Source: Gloeomargarita sp. SRBZ-1_bins_9 (GTDB lineage: Bacteria; Cyanobacteriota; Cyanobacteriia; Gloeomargaritales; Gloeomargaritaceae). From it: a stretch of 64,000 nt of DNA. The notes beneath the pieces are model-generated. The model had not been told where the DNA came from, did no database searches, and saw only the letters and a program-made list of their open reading frames with translations. The translations under genes were made by a program, and so were the position numbers. The stretch lies in contig JAUQVX010000012.1 in the NCBI GenBank assembly GCA_039794565.1, positions 807 to 64,806 of the forward strand, given 5' to 3'. This document shows positions 60,340 through 64,000 of this stretch, piece by piece. Numbering within the stretch: the first letter of the stretch is position 1; each line of letters starts with the position of its first letter.

Positions 60340-61693
60340 CTTGCACGCGTTCGGGGGTGGGAGCTTCGCAGTACAGGCGCAACAGGGGTTCGGTGCCGCT
60401 CAAGCGAATGAGTAACCAACTCTGGTCCGCCAGGTAAAACTTGTAGCCGTCGCCGCTCCAGGTGTTGACTACGTCCGTGTCGGCTATCACCGTCGGCGGA
60501 TGCGCAGCCAACTGCTGCTCCAGCCGGTCGCGGGATGCGGCATTCGTCAACGGCAGATCAATCCGGTCATAGACGCTGTAAAAGCCGGTTTTTTCCTGTA
60601 ATTCCCGATAGAGCACCTCCAGGGGTTTTTGGGTCAGGGCCACCGCCTCCAGCAGGTAGAGGGCCGACAGCAAGGCATCCCGTTCCGGCAGGTAGTGCCC
60701 GTAGCCAATGCCGCCTGATTCCTCACCCCCCAGCAACACATCCCCCTTGAGCATTTCCTGGGCAATGTACTTGAACCCGATGGGGGTTTCCACCACCGGC
60801 AGGTTGTAGTAGGCAGCGGTTTTGCGGATCAACTCCGACCCGCTAATGGTTTTCACCACCCTGCCGGTCAAGCCCCGACGCTGGGCCAGATGTTCGATCA
60901 ACAGGGGAATGAGCACCTGGGGGGAGAGAAATTGCCCCTGACCGTCCATGGCGGCAATCCGGTCCCCGTCCCCGTCAAACACTAGCCCCACCTGGTTACC
61001 GTGATGCCGCTGCAACGTGGTGCGCAACTCCTCCAGGTAAGGGGGCAGGGGTTCCGGCGGGTGCCCCCCGAACAGTACATCCCGTTGGGTGCGCAGTTCC
61101 TGTACGACATTGCCCACCAGACGCGTCAGACCCCCAGCGGCGGCTCCGTGCATGGGGTCGGCCCACACCTGCCAGTGCTGCAAACCGGCGCGGATGGCCG
61201 CCACATCCACCTGCTGCTGCAACGCCTGCACATAACCAGGCCAGGGGTCGAAGGGGGTCACGCAGCCGCCAGGACGCTGGGGTACCGGTTGGGACAACCG
61301 CGCTTCGATTTGCTGGGTCATCTCCGGGGGAATGGAGCCGCCAAAGGCCCCCTTGACCTTCAGGCCGTTGTAGATGGGGGGATTGTGACTGGCGGTGATC
61401 ACCAGCGCCCCGATAGCCCCCTGCTGCCGCACCCCATAACTCAAAGCCGGTGTGGGCGCCGCCTGATTGGCCAGCCAAACCCGAAATCCTGCCGCTGCCG
61501 CCGCCTGCGCCGCCGTTTGGGCAAACTCCTCCGACAAAAACCGCCGGTCGTAACCCACCAACAAGGGTCCATCTCCATAGACATCCGCCAGAACCGTTGC
61601 TGCTGCTGCTGCCACCTGGGCCACCCGCGCAAAGGTGAACTCCCGGGCAATCACACCCCGCCAGCCATCGGTGCCAAAGCGAATCTCTCCCAT
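60293..61693 (-). CDS. Phosphoglucomutase/phosphomannomutase family protein
   Basis: FGTDGWRG, ITASHNP, FDGDGDR, GEESGG, R.SGTEP. Confidence 0.96.
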   Translation of the reverse strand: MGEIRFGTDGWRGVIAREFTFARVAQVAAAAATVLADVYGDGPLLVGYDRRFLSEEFAQTAAQAAAAAGFRVWLANQAAPTPALSYGVRQQGAIGALVITASHNPPIYNGLKVKGAFGGSIPPEMTQQIEARLSQPVPQRPGGCVTPFDPWPGYVQALQQQVDVAAIRAGLQHWQVWADPMHGAAAGGLTRLVGNVVQELRTQRDVLFGGHPPEPLPPYLEELRTTLQRHHGNQVGLVFDGDGDRIAAMDGQGQFLSPQVLIPLLIEHLAQRRGLTGRVVKTISGSELIRKTAAYYNLPVVETPIGFKYIAQEMLKGDVLLGGEESGGIGYGHYLPERDALLSALYLLEAVALTQKPLEVLYRELQEKTGFYSVYDRIDLPLTNAASRDRLEQQLAAHPPTVIADTDVVNTWSGDGYKFYLADQSWLLIRLSGTEPLLRLYCEAPTPERVQAILAWARQWAATVAQ

Positions 61694-61718
61694 GTCCCCT
61701 GCTCCTGCGCCCGCGCCC

Positions 61719-62475
61719 CTATTGTAGCCGCTTGTTCTTGAGCAACACATCCCCCCTGAAGCGATAGACCAGTTGGAAATCCGGCAGCAGTCGCAGCAGT
61801 TGCGCCAGGTTGATTTGCCCCTCTTACAGTTCCGTATTGGCGTATTCGGTGTAGAAATAGCGGGTGTTGGCCAGTGCCTGGAGACCGCCTTGGATCAAAT
61901 CCACTTCCGCCCCCTGTACATCCGCCCAGATGAAGTCATATGGTCTCAATCCCGTTTTGCTGATACCAGGTATCCAGTCGGCAGGTCGGCACCCGAATCG
62001 TGCGGGGAAACGTAACCCACGGAAATACCTCCAGGTGCTTTTTCGGGCGGCGGATAGAACCCGAGTCATACCAACTACGGGGAATGCCCGCTTCCGGGTG
62101 GGTATCGCTCATGAAGAAATCCGCTTCCCCATCCTGCGCCGCAATGGCCACCTCGTAAAGACGCACCCGCGGGTCATGGCCTAGCCGTTTTTTGAAGTCG
62201 GCAGCTGCCCGGGGGTCCGGTTCAAAGCCGTAAATACGCGCCCGGGGAAATCGCTCCACAAACTGCACCGTATGGCTACCGTTGTTGCAGCCAATTTCTA
62301 CAATCACCGGGTCATCCTTGCCCAGAAGCAAAACCAATTCATCCAGGTCCAGGGTGCCCGGTGTCACCGGCGTCAGTTCCGGGCGAACCACACTGATCAG
62401 GCGCAAGGCCACCTGTTTGAGCGGTCGTCGCAGGGAAACTGGCAGCCATTGTTTGATTTTTCCAACCGGTCCCAC
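61719..62475 (-). pseudogene. FkbM-family methyltransferase pseudogene (one +1 frameshift, one nonsense codon)
   Basis: EIGCNNG, FEPDP, RLD; ACC ATA TGA C at about 61936-61944 breaks T-I-D-F-I-W-A-D-V-Q-G-A-E; TAA at 61824-61826 replaces Y in ELYEGQ; frame then runs to TAG at 61719; strong RBS GGGGAGG retained. Confidence 0.88.
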
Positions 62476-62476
62476 C

Positions 62477-63568
62477 TTAATCCTCCCCTAGATAGCCCTG
62501 AATTAACCAGTCCTCCCCCACCTGTTCCCAGCGACACCCCGTCAGCCTCAGTGCCTGCTGCATTTGGGTCAAACCCAGGTCCCCGACCGGCGTGGGCGCC
62601 CCTTCCCCCCCAATCACCTTCGGCGCAATAAAGGCCATGATTTTCTGCACCGCCCCCTGATGGATTGCCGGTGCCGCCAAGCGTCCCCCACACTCCCACA
62701 GCACCGTGTTACAGCCCCGGGCCGCCAGCGCTTGGCTTACTGTCAGGGGGTCACAGGGGTCCAGGGGCAACCACTCCACCCCCAACCCTTGCAATTGCTT
62801 GAGCACCGGTGGCAGGGGTTCTGGTTGGGGGGGCGTCACCAGCAGCGTGCGCAATGTCTCATCCACCCGCCAAACCTGGGCTTCCAGGGGCAAATCCAGA
62901 GAGCGGGACATCACCACCCGCAAGGGCGAATGGGGTGTTACCCCGTGGGTTGTCAGCGACGGATTATCCCGGCGGATGGTACAGCCCCCGGTGATTACCG
63001 CATCGCAGCGGGAGCGCAACCTATAGACCCACTGGCGCGCCTCGGGTCCGGTCACCCACAGGCTGTCCCCCGTCGCCGTGGCAATTTTGCCGTCTAAGGT
63101 CATGGCGTACTTCAAGATGCCGAAGGCCCGTCCCGTGCGCACCCGGTGGAAAAACCCCTCGTTGAGTTCCCGGCAAGCCTCCGCCAGAACTCCCACCGTT
63201 ACCGCGATCCCCGCCTGTTGCAACCGCGCCACACCCCTACCCGCCACCCGGGGGTCCGGGTCAATCATCCCCACCACCACCCGGCGAATCCCAGCCTGTA
63301 GGATGGCTTCGGTGCAAGGGGGAGTACGCCCGTAATGATTGCAGGGTTCCAAATTCACATACAGGGTGGCGCCTTGGGCCTGCTCCCCCGCCTGGCGTAG
63401 GGCAAATACCTCCGCATGGGGCTGTCCTGCCTGGGGATGAAACCCCTCCCCCACCACCTGCTCCTGCCGCACGATGACCGCCCCCACTAAAGGATTGGGA
63501 CTGGTACGCCCCCAGGCCTGGCGCGCCAACTCCAGACAACGGGCCATGTAGCGTTCATCATCCGTCAT
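62477..63568 (-). CDS. ribD: Riboflavin biosynthesis deaminase/reductase RibD
   Basis: NPLVGAVIV, HAE, LEPCNHYGRTPPC, KYAMTLDGKIA. Confidence 0.97.
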   Translation of the reverse strand: MTDDERYMARCLELARQAWGRTSPNPLVGAVIVRQEQVVGEGFHPQAGQPHAEVFALRQAGEQAQGATLYVNLEPCNHYGRTPPCTEAILQAGIRRVVVGMIDPDPRVAGRGVARLQQAGIAVTVGVLAEACRELNEGFFHRVRTGRAFGILKYAMTLDGKIATATGDSLWVTGPEARQWVYRLRSRCDAVITGGCTIRRDNPSLTTHGVTPHSPLRVVMSRSLDLPLEAQVWRVDETLRTLLVTPPQPEPLPPVLKQLQGLGVEWLPLDPCDPLTVSQALAARGCNTVLWECGGRLAAPAIHQGAVQKIMAFIAPKVIGGEGAPTPVGDLGLTQMQQALRLTGCRWEQVGEDWLIQGYLGED

Positions 63569-63915
63569 GCCGGGGTAGGCGCCGGTTCGTCGCTGGGCTT
63601 GAGACCGTAATCCAAAATCTCGGCAAAGCGAATGCGCAAGACCGTAGCCGGCTGCCCGTCCTTATCCGTGTAATGCTCCTCATCCAAGCGTCCGGTCACC
63701 GTCGGTCGCGCCCCCTTATCCAACAAATTCATGGCCGTTTCCGCCTGATTCCCCCACACATCCACCTGGAACCGCAAAGGGGGAACTTCCTCACCGTCTC
63801 CCTTACGCCGATTCACATACAGGGGAAAGCTACACAAAACCGTGCCCTTCTCAAAATGACGAATGGTTGGTTTGGCAGCCACGTAGCCACAGACCGTCAC
63901 CACTGCCCACGTCAT
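63565..63915 (-). CDS. Second, divergent SSB-family OB-fold protein
   Basis: VTVCGYV...P.IR.F..G, F.L.VNR, VDVWG.QAE...L.KG...V.GRL....Y.DKDG. Confidence 0.8.
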   Translation of the reverse strand: MTWAVVTVCGYVAAKPTIRHFEKGTVLCSFPLYVNRRKGDGEEVPPLRFQVDVWGNQAETAMNLLDKGARPTVTGRLDEEHYTDKDGQPATVLRIRFAEILDYGLKPSDEPAPTPA

Positions 63916-64000
63916 CGCCCGTCCTCCGCCTCTAGCCCTAGCATAGCACCTGCGCCCACACCTTCCACCTGGAGCCGCCAGTAGCGGGCGTAGTAACCCC
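63912..64000 (-). CDS. 3' end of a probable ABC transporter ATP-binding protein (partial)
   Basis: Reads GYYARYWRLQVE...-TGA, like the C-terminus of MsbA-type exporters; stop overlaps the next ATG. Confidence 0.5.
   Translation of the reverse strand, partial: GYYARYWRLQVEGVGAGAMLGLEAEDGR

Overview
A gene-dense, GC-rich (about 60% by eye) cyanobacterial chromosome segment. It carries psbB, petCA, psbP, psb29, raf1, nblR and zwf/opcA. The compact layout and lack of HIP1 enrichment would fit a thermophilic Gloeomargarita-like lineage, but that taxonomy is inference only. The window holds about 62 intact CDSs of mostly core metabolism, one tRNA-Pro(CGG), two clear pseudogenes (solute-binding/VWA protein; FkbM methyltransferase) and one possible decayed M48 peptidase. 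I saw no rRNA, IS element, prophage or CRISPR array. Most interesting: (1) a split, domain-inverted photolyase-like gene pair with four candidate [4Fe-4S] cysteines, coupled inside the dapA-rnj-trmD operon; (2) an unannotated minus-strand unit of about 130-145 nt at 13.46-13.63 kb with an HLR1 (RpaB) repeat, a perfect NtcA-type palindrome, a 27-codon ORF and its own terminator (PsrR1-like sRNA or microprotein candidate); (3) near-absence of HIP1 with apparent RCCGGY enrichment, plus an orphan Dam methylase inserted between zwf and opcA; (4) a FIST/NosP gene overlapping a Ser/Thr kinase. Family assignments come from motif recognition without database searches. Start codons were refined by eye where the ORF track over-extends.
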